Assembly (NCBI RefSeq): GCF_000315625.1
Contig: NW_005434657.1
Coordinates: 784,130 to 848,129, forward strand
DNA: 64,000 bases
Source of the DNA: Guillardia theta CCMP2712
Lineage: Eukaryota; Protista; Cryptophyta
Reading direction: 5' to 3'
The position numbers were made by a program, and so were the translations under genes. Below are positions 13,089 through 24,290 of this stretch, in pieces. Position 1 is the stretch's first letter; every line of letters starts with the position of its first letter. A model generated the notes under the pieces. The model saw only the letters and a list, made by a program, of their open reading frames with translations. It was not told the origin of the DNA and made no database searches.

Positions 13089-13471
13089 GGGCCGTTTCCC
13101 GCCGGCTCCCAGATTCCAGATTTTTGACTTTATTCAAAGTTATTTGAAATTTATGCTGAAATATTCACCGGTGCTTTCAATACATACTCACAGGGGGTGG
13201 GGTCCCCTGCCTGTTCATATTTGATGCTCCCAGCGTACCCTCCCCACATTCTGACAATTATTCTCGATTGAGCTAATAGTATATTTCCATATAGTGCCTA
13301 CCCATTCGAAAAGCAAAATCTGGGAAAGTCAACCGCATCGTTTCATTCTCAAATTAAAATGACTTATAGTTGAGTTCTCCAAAACATTTGGAGGAGAAAA
13401 AAAAGAAATTGACTTATATTTGTATGAAAAAATCTGGAATCTGGAATCTGGGAGCCGGCGGGAAACGGGCC
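13089..13471. mobile_element. 383-bp non-autonomous DNA transposon (PIF/Harbinger, Tourist-like MITE)
   Basis: Left end GGGCCGTTTCCCGCCGGCTCCCAGATTCCAGATT (13089) matches the reverse complement of the right end GGCCCGTTTCCCGCCGGCTCCCAGATTCCAGATT (13471) with one mismatch. Flanked by a 3-bp direct repeat AGA (13086-13088, 13472-13474). The interior is AT-rich and non-coding. Confidence 0.85.
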
Positions 13472-13546
13472 AGAGTCTCTCCGACTCGGACCGGGACAGT
13501 TCATCTGGTAACTTGATAGCAAAGCAAATAGATTCCTAATGCCAAT

Positions 13547-14201
13547 ATGCGGGACAGATCTCTGGATAGACTGGAGGCCTCTTCAAGCTCCTTCTCTCTT
13601 CCACTCTCAGGCTCGACTGGTTCGCATCCACACCAACTCCAATCTTCGCAACCATTGTCTGCTGGAGGTATCTTGCATTTTGTTCCAAACAAGCAAACAT
13701 GGATCGACGATGACATGAGGGATCACGCGGCCGGCGGACTGGAGCCACTGACCACCCAGGTCAATCATTCACTGAAGCTACAGCCTGCCGGTGCTTTACT
13801 TCTCTCGTGATCTGCTCAATCCACGTTCTGCCGTCAAGTTTTCCGCAGCAACAGACAATCCAGGCCGGCCGGGTCAGCAGAGCAGCACATGAAGTAAGTC
13901 CTTCTGATTCTCTTGCTTCATTTCGTCCTGCCCTCTACCTCACCAGACACTTAAACGTTTCGTCAGGTTGCACAGCAAGCGTTCGACGCGCACTGCATGC
14001 AGGGAGACAGCAGGAAGGCCAGGAGGGGCAGCGCGTTCTCGGCAGCTGCTGTGCTTGAGCAGGAGGCGGACAGTGACAACGTAGAGCGCACTGAGTAAAT
14101 TCGTAGAGATGCATGTGCTGGTCTGCTTGCTGAAGGTGGATGAGAAGGACCGATTCCGGCTGGAGATGAAGGAAGATGATGAAGAGGAGGAGGTACTCTG
14201 A
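13547..14201 (+). CDS. Possible small multi-exon hypothetical protein
   Basis: ATG at 13547 and splice-like signals (gtatct, gtaagt, cag). A terminal exon VDEKDRFRLEMKEDDEEEEVL* is possible. No recognisable domain. Confidence 0.3.
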
Positions 14202-14233
14202 AGTTTATAAATGCACGATTCTCCTTATATCTA

Positions 14234-14649
14234 GTAAACTATGATGTATTTGAGTTATTGAACATTCTAAAACATCAGTCGTCCTCTTGATTGCTTGTTG
14301 ATTATGATCAATACAAAAATAACTACATTTTCTCAAACAATAAACATATCGATAATAAGCCGCAGATATATTTATCAAATCAAAATCCGGGCCGCCAATA
14401 ACTTCTTAGGTCTTCAAAATGATGTTTTATACCTTGTTCCATACAATGGTGTGTTCTCTACCTATCAATGTGCCCCCGTTTAGCATAATGAGATATGAGA
14501 GCGCTGATGATAACTTTAATTTTAGGCTTGAGAATACAGAAATAAACAGGTTAAGGTTCATGTGTAAAAACCAAGACCTACAAGATATAGATGTTCGAGA
14601 TTATCAATTATGTCTGGAAATTCAAAAGCATTCAAAACAAAAGATATGA
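14234..14649 (+). pseudogene. Decayed Polinton-like virus/virophage-type minor capsid (penton) gene fragment (endogenous viral element)
   Basis: AT-rich and intronless. Three frames give NYDVFELLNILKHQSSS*LLVDYDQYKNNYIFSN, then KIRAANNFLGLQNDVLY, then VCSLPINVPPFSIMRYESADDNFNFRLENTEINRLRFMCKNQDLQDIDVRDYQLCLEI. This is the motif order I recall for PLV minor capsid proteins. In-frame TGA at 14288 and frameshifts. Confidence 0.7.
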
Positions 14650-15138
14650 AGGTGGATATATCACGTTATCAATGGCTCTGCTCCATGGATACATCGCGAG
14701 GAGATAGTCTGATGATGTGATTGCTTTCCAAGTTAAACGTGTTGCTACAGAAATTCACCTCCTTCGACAACAAACCCTCATCCAAGATACGAAATGTGCA
14801 GCCCCCACAGCTCACACTGCTTGCGGCCTCGGACTTAGGACACATGCATGCCCAAAGAGAACACACACACGGCTTCCTCCTCATGGGCTTCTGCTTCCCT
14901 CCGTTACCCCAGCGCCGCAACTGAGTCTGAGAGCACCGGCGTCAGAGTCACTGTGACAAACTACCCCAGCTGGTCTTTATTAACAGAAACGGCTAGTCAA
15001 TATTGTAACGGATAAGCCAACCGCCGCGCTATGAGAGACACAGCCGCATGTGGAGGGAATATGAGGAGAGAAGAGAAGGAGAGGAAGGTAGGGAGGTGAA
15101 CTGAGAAGATCAGGAATAGGATCACAGAGTCTTCGCAA

Positions 15139-18100
15139 ATGTCCTCTCTCCTCCTCTTTCGATTCCTCCTCCTCCTCTCGCTTGTTCACTTTGCCTCCTG
15201 CAAGGCGGTAACTCGCCTTACTCCAACGGCTGTGCAGAGCAATGTCGGCTTCCAGCTGTACATGAACGGAGCTGGGCTGACCATTGCAGACCAAGTGGTC
15301 GTTATCAAGACTCAGACGAGTCTGTCGAGCAATCAGACGAAGGGAACCAGCAGTATCTGTGCTGAAGCGCAGCTGGATCCGACCATGATTCTTGTTCCAG
15401 CGACGAATGTCTACACCGCTTCCGACGATGGCACCCAGGCTAGTGTTTACATGTCTGTCAATGGGTATTCCGGGAATGCGAAGCTATGCTTTATCTTTTA
15501 TGGATCCACTTCAGCATGGACCGATAGCTCCATCGAACTCACCATACTTCCTGCACAGATCTTCTCGTCCAGTTTGACAGCAACGGGAGCAACCACGTTC
15601 TCAGTGGTGGCGAACCAGAAGTTCGAGGTATCGTTGGAAGGACAAGGGCTTGCGATTGGTTCTGGGCTCGTCACAGTCGGCTGGAGGCAAGACTGTCTAT
15701 TAGGTCCGAATGTGAAAGGAGGAGAATTTAAAACTTTGGTGAATGTCAACAATGAGGGAACCAAGGGAACAGTTGAATTCACCATCACTGAAGCAGCCAC
15801 AGCTGTTTCACTTTGTTACAACATTGAGGGAAAGACGTCGTACCAGTCTGCACACAGCACAGCTTCTTCATTGGGGATTTCTGCCACAAGTTGGCAGGCC
15901 TTCGACGCTACTGGGACGAGCGTCTCAACAGTTCTTCCCTTGGTCACAGTGAGGATTGAGATTTCTGGCTCGGGTCTGTTTGGGATGGAGAGTCAGAGGT
16001 CGTGCAGTCTCGCTCCAGACCTCTATTACACTTGTGTGATGATCGACACAAGCTGCAACAATCTCGGCCAAGTTCCTGGTGGTGCTTCTGTGGTTCCTGT
16101 CTCAGTGTCTGCGAACACAGTTCGAGCTGAGTTTGTGTTCTCGGATGCCTCCACCTATTTGGGGAGCAGCAGAGATGTGTCGGTCTGCGTGAAGATGGCG
16201 CAGGCAACCTCCTGGAACACAGTCGGGACTGCAAAGTTGACCATCAACTACCCTCTTTCAACCGTTTCTTCCGTGACCCCCACCATATCAAACTCCAACA
16301 ACGCGCTCTCGGTCACCTTGACAGGGACGAACTTGTATGATCAGGTTGGTCTGGCCTCGAAGATCAAGCTGAGTCTGGACTGTGAGAGCTATCCAGTCGG
16401 GGACTCAACAGGGGTGATAGTCGGCGGGTCAGCTCAATCTTGTTCGTCGGTAATCACCAACTCTTCAGGGCTCCAGAGCTGTGTGGTGACCTTTGATTCC
16501 CTGTTCGTCGCTGGGACCACATCAGCACAAGTGATGATCTGTCTAGCTCAGGGGCCGAGCACCACGTACTCGAGAACGCTGAGTGTGATTTCCGTGACTC
16601 CTTCCTTCGTCAGCGCAGTACAAGCACCTTCGACGAGCACTGCAAACATTGAGTTCAGCATTTACATTGTTGGTCAGAACCTCGCAAGTTCGGGAGCAGG
16701 AGCAATCATGGCCTGGATCAACAGGAACTGCTCGACCTCTGACTCCACGGATGTGTTTGGAGGAGAAGCGCGATATCCCGTTATGATAGGGAGCAACCAG
16801 ATGCTCGCCCAGATGAAGTTCACCATCACAACCTCGACTGCCCGGGCTCTGATGGTCTGCTGGAATTTGTCCTCGGCAAGTTCAAGTGCCTTCAAAGTCA
16901 CGTCGGCCTTCATCTCTGCCTCGCCTCCAACGCTCACCGGCATCTCCCTCACCAACTTCTCCTCTCTCAACAACTCGCAAGTCACAGTCTTCGGGTCCGA
17001 CTTCGTGGACTCCGGGCCGGCAGCTCCGACGTTTGTGATCATGGGCAACTGCTCGGACTCCAGATCCTTCCTTCCTGTGCAGAAGAACTTCGTGCTCTCG
17101 GGCTCACAGCTGTCGTTCTTGGTGATCACCAACGTTGTCCTGACGCAGCTTGAGATGTGTTGGAGGATTGGAACATCCCCTTACCAGACTCTGATGTCAA
17201 ACATCAGCATCTATCCCACGTCAGTCTCCTCCTTCCAACCTCTGTCGGGGAGAGCCTTCTCCAGCATCTCCCTTACTGTCTCTGGTCAGAACCTCGGTCA
17301 AGCGATGAAGGTCAAACTTTCCACAGACTGCACGCTGGGCACTAGCAGCGACTCGATCGGAACTCTCTCTGGATCGGAGGGGGTGGCACCTACCAGCGTC
17401 TCCTCGGAGGCCGCCGTCTTCTCGTTCAGCATAGCGAGCATCGTCTCAGTGAAGCTGCAGGTCTGCTGGCAGATGGGAGATGGTCTGTACCAGCGGCTGG
17501 GAGGCGACTGGTTCAGCTTGCTGACTGGCTCGGTCTCTGCTTCTTTTTCTTCCCAGCTGGTGTCCAACGTACCCTTCAGCATCACCCTGACTGGCTACTC
17601 CTTCAAGGCGTCGCCCAGCAGCGCACTGGTGAAGTTGAAGTTGTCGCAGGATTGCTCTCTGCAGGTCAACCTGGACAACAACACCTGCGGGGGAGGAGGA
17701 GACTGCGTGCAAGGAGGGCAGGGGGTGCTGGGGACGATGGTCAACTCGATCGACTTGAGGTTTGACTTCGTGATGGCGGTCAGGAATCAAGTGACTATGA
17801 AGCTCTGTTGGACCCTCAACTCTTCTCCTCTCGCTTACATCGATCTTGACAGCAGGATCTCCGTCCTGGTCAACCCTGTCCTCCTGACCTCCTCCGTCAT
17901 CCCTGCCAACGTTTTCGTCAACGAACCCTTCCTCGTCCAGCTCCTTGGGACCGGTCTCTCCTCCTCCTCCGCCGTCCCTACCAAGGTCAAGCTGTCGACC
18001 TCGTGCATGGGCGCCGATGACGTGGACCCGCTGCTGGACATTGCGGGAGGAGAGGCGCGCTACATATCATGCACAGATGCATCGACTGGTTCAGCATACC

Positions 18101-21100
18101 TCACCTTCACTGTGCGAGACAGCTCCTCTCCCTTCGTCGTCTGCGCTGCTCAAGGGGCCTTGGGCTCGCCGTCGAGCCCATGGCAGGAGGTGAAGGCGGC
18201 CAACACGCCGTACCGGGTGAGGTCAGCGACAGTCACCTCAGCATCTCTCTCCCCGAAGTACAGCAGCATCATGAATAACGACCTTGTCCTGCTGTTCAGC
18301 GGGCGCGGCTTGGGCTCGTCGTTCGAGGACGTGAAAGTCAAGCTCGTCAACACCAGTCAAGGATGCTCGTCCTCCTACTCCGACCCAGGGCAGTTCCCCT
18401 GCTCCTGCTCCTCGTCCCTTGCTGCCGAGCTCGTGTGTAACTGTGCTTCATCCTCATCGGACTCTGGTTACCTAGCAGGAGGAGCCCCGTCTCTGGTCCT
18501 CGCAGACAGCTCCTCCTCAGGCCACTCATCCTTCATCCCGCAGTTCAGCGGAGCAGCAACAGCTTGCTGGTCCTACGGAGGGATCGGACTGGTCGGCACC
18601 TCCTACCTCGAGCTCCTTCGCTTCACCGTCTCGCAGCCGAGCATCGCATGCTTCTACCCGCTCTACGTGGCCCCCAGCACCACCGCAAACTTCTACCTGC
18701 TGGGTCAAGGCATGAGACCCACAGACACGGTCAAGATCGTGCGGGAGTTCGACGGCTGCTCCTCCCCCGCCCTCCTCTCGGGCACCTTAGGGAGTGGAGT
18801 GAGCATGTCGGGGATGCAGGGAGTGCTGCCCCTTCTAGTGAGCATGGAGCTGGGGACGTACAACCGCTACATCCTCTGCTACTCCTTCGGTCTCAACTTC
18901 ACCCGCGTTGGATTCAGCGTGCTACAGGTCTCCACTCCAGTGATCGAGAGCTTCAGCCCTGCCGCGCTGATTCGAGGGGACAACGTTGTCACCATCTACG
19001 GGAGGGCGCTGCATGAAGGTTTGACCTTCGTCCTCACGCTCCTTGACAGGACCTGCGCCCAAGTCACGGCTGCCTCGGCCTTGGTGAATATGGTGAGAAG
19101 AATTCGTATTGTTTCCTCCGCTTCTCCTCTCTCTCGTCCTCCTCCTTTCCTCCTCGCTCCTCTGCAGCTTCCCTACACCTCTCACTTCGCTTCCTTGACC
19201 TTCCATCCTCTTCCTCACCCTCTGACTTCTCCTGCTCTCTCTCCTGCTCCTCCTCCCTTCGTGCTTCTTCAACTGCCTCTGACATTCTTCACAGGGTCCC
19301 ATCAGTTGCGATGACAAGAGACTCTCCTGTTCCCTCAGTTTCACCGTCCCAGATACAGTCAGTACCATCCTCTACCTCTGCCAGCGTCCTCCCAACAACC
19401 AGTTTCTCGCCGTTGGCTCGTTGAAGCTTCAGGGCCCTTCAGCAAGCACCATCACTCCCTCCGCCGTCTCTCCCGATGTCCCCAGCTCCTTCGAGGTCAG
19501 TGGAAGTGGCTTCTTTGCCACAGGTGCAGTATCCGCCTCCTTCCTCGCTCGTGGGGCCTCGTGCTCGTCCTACTCAAGCGACCAGCTCGTTGCCTCCGTT
19601 GCTTCCACTTCCATCTTGTTCGTCAACTCGACGCTCTACCGCTTCAGCTACGTCTTTGCGGGAGGAAGCATCGGAGACATCAGGGTTTGCTTCAGGACTA
19701 GCACCGTACAAGACCTCGGAACGATCTCGATCGTCTCCCCCAGCATCTCCCTCGCCCTTCCCCGCTACCTCACCAACTTGACGCTGCTCACCGTGATACA
19801 GCAGGGTGTACCCTTCAACCTTTCCCTCCAAGGTACCGGTCTCTCCTCCCCGAACATCTTCGTCAAGATCGTCCCTTCCTCGCAGCTCTGCCAGGGTACC
19901 GTCAGCCTCGTCACAGGAGCGGCGGCAGGAGGTGAAGCTCGCCTCGTCAGCAGCCAGCAGGCTCAGTTCCCAGCTGGAATCCGGCAGAGCGGGCCGATGC
20001 ACGTCTGCTTCCTCACGCGCGGAGCTCCGTCGTTCCTCGACGTCCCCAGCAGCTCCTTCACCGTCCTCCCCCCCGTCACTGTGACCAGCATCATCCCAGC
20101 GTACACGATAGCGGGGGATGGAGCAACCAAGGTCTTCCTGTACGGCAGCGCCCTTGTTTCCTCCAGCTTCTCCTCCTCGCTCTTCCTCTCCTCCGCCGAC
20201 TGCATCGTCGGCTCGCAGCCTCCCGGTGGCTCCTCTCAGCTCCTTGTGGACGATGACGGGGGCAACGGTCGCGTCGCCTTCGCCTCCTTCGTCTTGACCT
20301 CCCCGGGGACCTTCAGGCTCTGCGTGCAGACTTCCCTGTCGTCGCTTCCTCAAGACGTCGGCGCGATCAACGTCCTTGCCGCCTCTTCTCTTCCTCTCCT
20401 CGCGCAGATCGCTCCGACTTCCCTCCTCGCGGGTCAGGCCACCAGCTTCGTGCTGAGGGGACAGGCTCTCTCCTCGACACTCAAGCTCATGGTCGCCTCC
20501 TCCTGCTCCTCCCCGACGAGCTACATCAGCTCCATCGCTTCGGTGAACGACAACAGGACGATCGCTTACAGCTCGGCCCTCACTGTCCCCTTCATCTCTT
20601 CCTCGGTCAAGATCTGCATCGCTACGTCCTCCAGCTCCACCTACCTCGAGCTCGTGACGTTGAGCATGAAGAGTCTGATACGGCCATCATTGTACCAACA
20701 GCCGGCGGCTCCTCTCCTCCTCTATCGCAACTTCCCAGCTGATCTGGAGTTTGTGGGGGATGGCATCGGAGCTGGAGACGCTGTCTTCATCTCCTCCTCC
20801 TCCTGCCCCTCCGACCCTGCGAAGCCGGTCCTCAATCTCCTTTCGGTCGTTCCAACTGTACCCGGAGGGGAGGTCAAAGTCATCGCAAGCAGCATGCTCG
20901 TGCTGCCTCTGGCGGCGTGCGAGACTTCTCGCTATCGTCTATCCTTCCGGCTCACAGCAATGTCCTCCTCCTCCTCCCCCTACAGCATCTGCTACGTCCC
21001 TCTCGGATTCGCTTACGCTCTCACCATCAGCCCGGGAGTGCAGGTTGTGACTCCGTTCCTCTCCTCCTTCCTCCCCAAGTTCGTCAACAGCATGAGCTTC

Positions 21101-23756
21101 CAGCAGATCACCTTCCAGGGGTCAGGAGGATACGCACCAGGAGACAAGCTCATCCTCCTCTCGCCCTACTCCTCATCCTCCTCCTTCCTCACCAGGACTT
21201 GCCAGAGCTACGTGGGAGCGTACGAGCAGGTGGCGACGAGCTTGCGGTACACGGTCAGAGCGCTGGATATCAACGGGAGGACGTTGGTTGCCTACTTCAA
21301 CCTCTCGGAGACGAGGACGGAATTTCTCGCATGCTACCAGCCCTACGATGCTACTGGGTGGCGGGATGTGACGTCGGTCAGCAGCGGGGAAGTGATCAAG
21401 GTCGTGCCCCCAACGGCTTCCTCCCTCGCCACTCCCTTCCTCTACGCCCGCTCCCTCACCACGCTGTCTGTCGTGGGTCTGGGGCTCTCGTTCGGGGACA
21501 GGTACTGGCATTCATACATTCCCCTGCCTGCCTGCCTGCCTGCGTGCCTCCCTCCTGCTGTCTCTCTTTCCTTCTCTTTCCCCCTTTGATTCCTTTCCCC
21601 GGACACCTCTCCCATTCTTCTTCCTCCTCCTCTTCTCTCCTGATGAACCCACCCTTCAGTTACAAGATCGTCAAGGAGGGAGGAAGCTGTCAATCCGATC
21701 TTCCTGTGGTAGGAGGGGACGTGCGAATTCCCAGCAGGATTTCTCAGCTCGCTGACACGGCTCAAGTCTCCTTCCTGCTGGGGGCAGAGGCCATAGGACG
21801 CACTACCGTCTGCTTTCTCCCCCGAGGAGGATGCGACTTTTCCCCCGTCGCCTCACTTGAGGTCAGGCCGCCTGCTCCCTTGGCCGTTGACGGCAGCACG
21901 GACTACGGCGGCGCCATCCTAAACCATCCATTCCTCCTCCGGCTCTCCGGCATCGGGCTCAGCAGCACTGACGACCTCACGGTCGTACCGGGTGACGTGG
22001 CATGCAGCGACGGGGTCATGTCCTCTGCTAGGATCTTCTCCTACGCCTCCAGCAGCTCTGCGAGCGCAGACGGAAGTTTGTCCTCCTTCCTCCTCACCGT
22101 CACAGGCTACGAGACGCGCGGCAAGCTCTGCTTCCGCTACTGCTCCAACGGAGGATGCAGCGGCAGGTCGTCCTTCCGGGAGACCGGGTTGTACCTCAAG
22201 CTCCTTGAGCCGACAGTCACTCAGGTGCCTGTTGTCTCCCCCTTCTCCCCTCCTCCTCGATCGATCTGCTGCTTCTTACAGCTCGGGAGTGAATCTTGTC
22301 CTCTCTTCCTCAAATCCCCTCCTCCTCTGCTGTTCGTTTCTCCTTCCTCCTTTCCTTCCTCCGCTCTTCTCCTCCCCTCCGCGCTCATCCTGTCTCAGGT
22401 CAAACCCAATGAGATCCAAAAAGACATGTACGTCACGTTTGACATTCAAGGAAACTCGTTTACACCCAAAGACAACTTCAAGGTTTCCCTCGTTTTCTCC
22501 TTCCTCTTCTCCCGCCTCCCCTTCCTCCCACTTTCCTTCTCCTCCTCCTCCTCCTCCTGCACCACCACCACCACCACCACGCTTTTCTTCCTTCCTCCTT
22601 GGCCCATTCTTCTTCTACGCACCATTTCCCGATCCCTTCCACTCCCCCTCTTCCTCCCCTTCCTCCCCTTCCTCCCCTTCCTCCTCTTCTCTTTCAACAT
22701 GAACTCACTTCTCTGTCCAGCTCGTCCACAGCACAGCGCCGTGCTCGGGCAGTGATTCGGCTCTGGACGTGATGACGGGAGGTAACGGTCGCGCCCCCTG
22801 GAACGTCTCCTGTCCCTACGCCTTGGGCGTGCAATGCAAGGGGGCCGTCAGCTTCACCATCGAGGGGACTGGGACTGGCAAGCTCTGCTACCTGCCCTCA
22901 GGAGGAGCAGGTTCTTTCTCCTCCTCTAGCTCCTCCAGCTCCTCCTCCTCCTCCTCCTCTAGCTCTGTCTTCTGCTCCTGCTCCTGCTCATCCTCTCGAT
23001 CTCCTCGTTCTCGTCCTCCCCCTCCTCCTCCTGCTCTTCTGCTTCTGCTCCTGCTCCTGCTCTTGCTCTTGCTCCTGCTCCTGCTCTTGCTCCTGCTCCT
23101 GCTCTTGCTCCTCCTGCTCCTTTTGCTCTCCTCCTGCCTCTAGCTCCTGCACCTGCTCCTTGACCTCCTCCTCCCCTTCCCGTCATCACCTCGTCTCTCG
23201 TGCGCTTCTCCGCCCTCCCCCTCATTGTCGCTCCTGCTCTTGTGGGTTCTCAACCGGCTCAGGTTATCGCGACATCCTCCTCGGCTACAACAACACACCA
23301 TACATCATCCAAGTCTGCGAGGGGTGAGCCCTCCCTCCTCCTCTCCCCTCCTCTCCTCNNNNNNNNNNNNNNNNNNNNNNNNNNNNNNNNNNNNNNNNNN
23401 NNNNNNNNNNNNNNNNNNNNNNNNNNNNNNNNNNNNNNNNNNNNNNNNNNNNNNNNNNTCCTCATCCCTCCTCCCTCCCTCCTTCCCTCCTCTCTTCTCG
23501 TCTCGTCTCGTCTCGTCTCGTCTCATCTCGTCTCGTCTCGTCTCCTCCTCCCCCCCCCCTGTCCTGCTATCTCTTACTTTTCTCCCGTCCTCCTGCCCTC
23601 CCGCCTCTCCTTCTCTTCCCTCCTCCCTGTCGTCTTCATCCTCTGACATGTTCTCAGCGCTGCGGTTTATCTCAAACTGCAGGAGCAACGAGGTTGGGGT
23701 CTTGGTGGCTCTTGTTTGTACTTGCAGCTGTTTCTTGTACTATAACATCCTTGTGA
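15139..23756 (+). CDS. Giant secreted surface protein with ~21 tandem ~100-120-aa Cys-containing beta-sandwich (IPT/TIG-like) repeats and a probable C-terminal GPI-anchor signal
   Basis: Signal peptide MSSLLLFRFLLLLSLVHFASC. ORFs 15139-19314, 19421-21589, 21660-22225 and 22721-22910 share the unit 'xxLxGxGL...KVKLSxDC...GG...FxF...xLC[WYF]'. The terminal exon 23658-23756 reads ..SQTAGATRLGSWWLLFVLAAVSCTITSL*. An assembly gap interrupts the 3' part. Confidence 0.75.
23359..23458. other. Assembly gap (100 N)
   Basis: N run. Confidence 1.
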
Positions 23757-24290
23757 ATGAAAACTTTCAAGTATGGCGGGGGAGGAGGAGAGATGTTGAA
23801 AGGGAAAGAGAGGAGGAGACGAGCGGGAGATTGGAGGGAAGCTGAGGAAGGGGAGACGGGTGGAGGAAGGGAGGGGGAAGGGGACGGGACGGGACGGGGA
23901 GGGCAGGGAGGGGAGGCGAGAGAGTAAGGGAAACGAGAGGCGAGGAGAGTAAGGAGAGGAGAGGAGAGGAGGCGAGGCGAGGCGAGGCGAGGCGAGGCGA
24001 GGGGAGAGGAGGGGAGAGGAGGGGCGCGGTTAGCAAAGGTTTTCGTACTCCTACTTTACTTCGTTTGCATTTCCAAGGGTGGTACAGTAAAAGCTTTTCG
24101 GGGAGGGAGGGAGGGAGGGAGGGAGGGGAGGGAGGAGGGGAGGGGAGGGAGGGACGAGGGGAGTGAAGTTGAGGAAGGGAAGGGAGGGGAGGAGAGGAGA
24201 AGAGAAGCGACGAGGGGAAGGAAGGGAAAGAAATGAGAGGAGGGTAAGCGAGCGGAGCGGAGGGAAGGGAAGGAGGGGAGCTAATAGACG

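Noticed and set aside
14288-14290. In-frame TGA as selenocysteine or readthrough
   Set aside because: It is accompanied by frameshifts and a deletion, so pseudogenisation is the simpler explanation.
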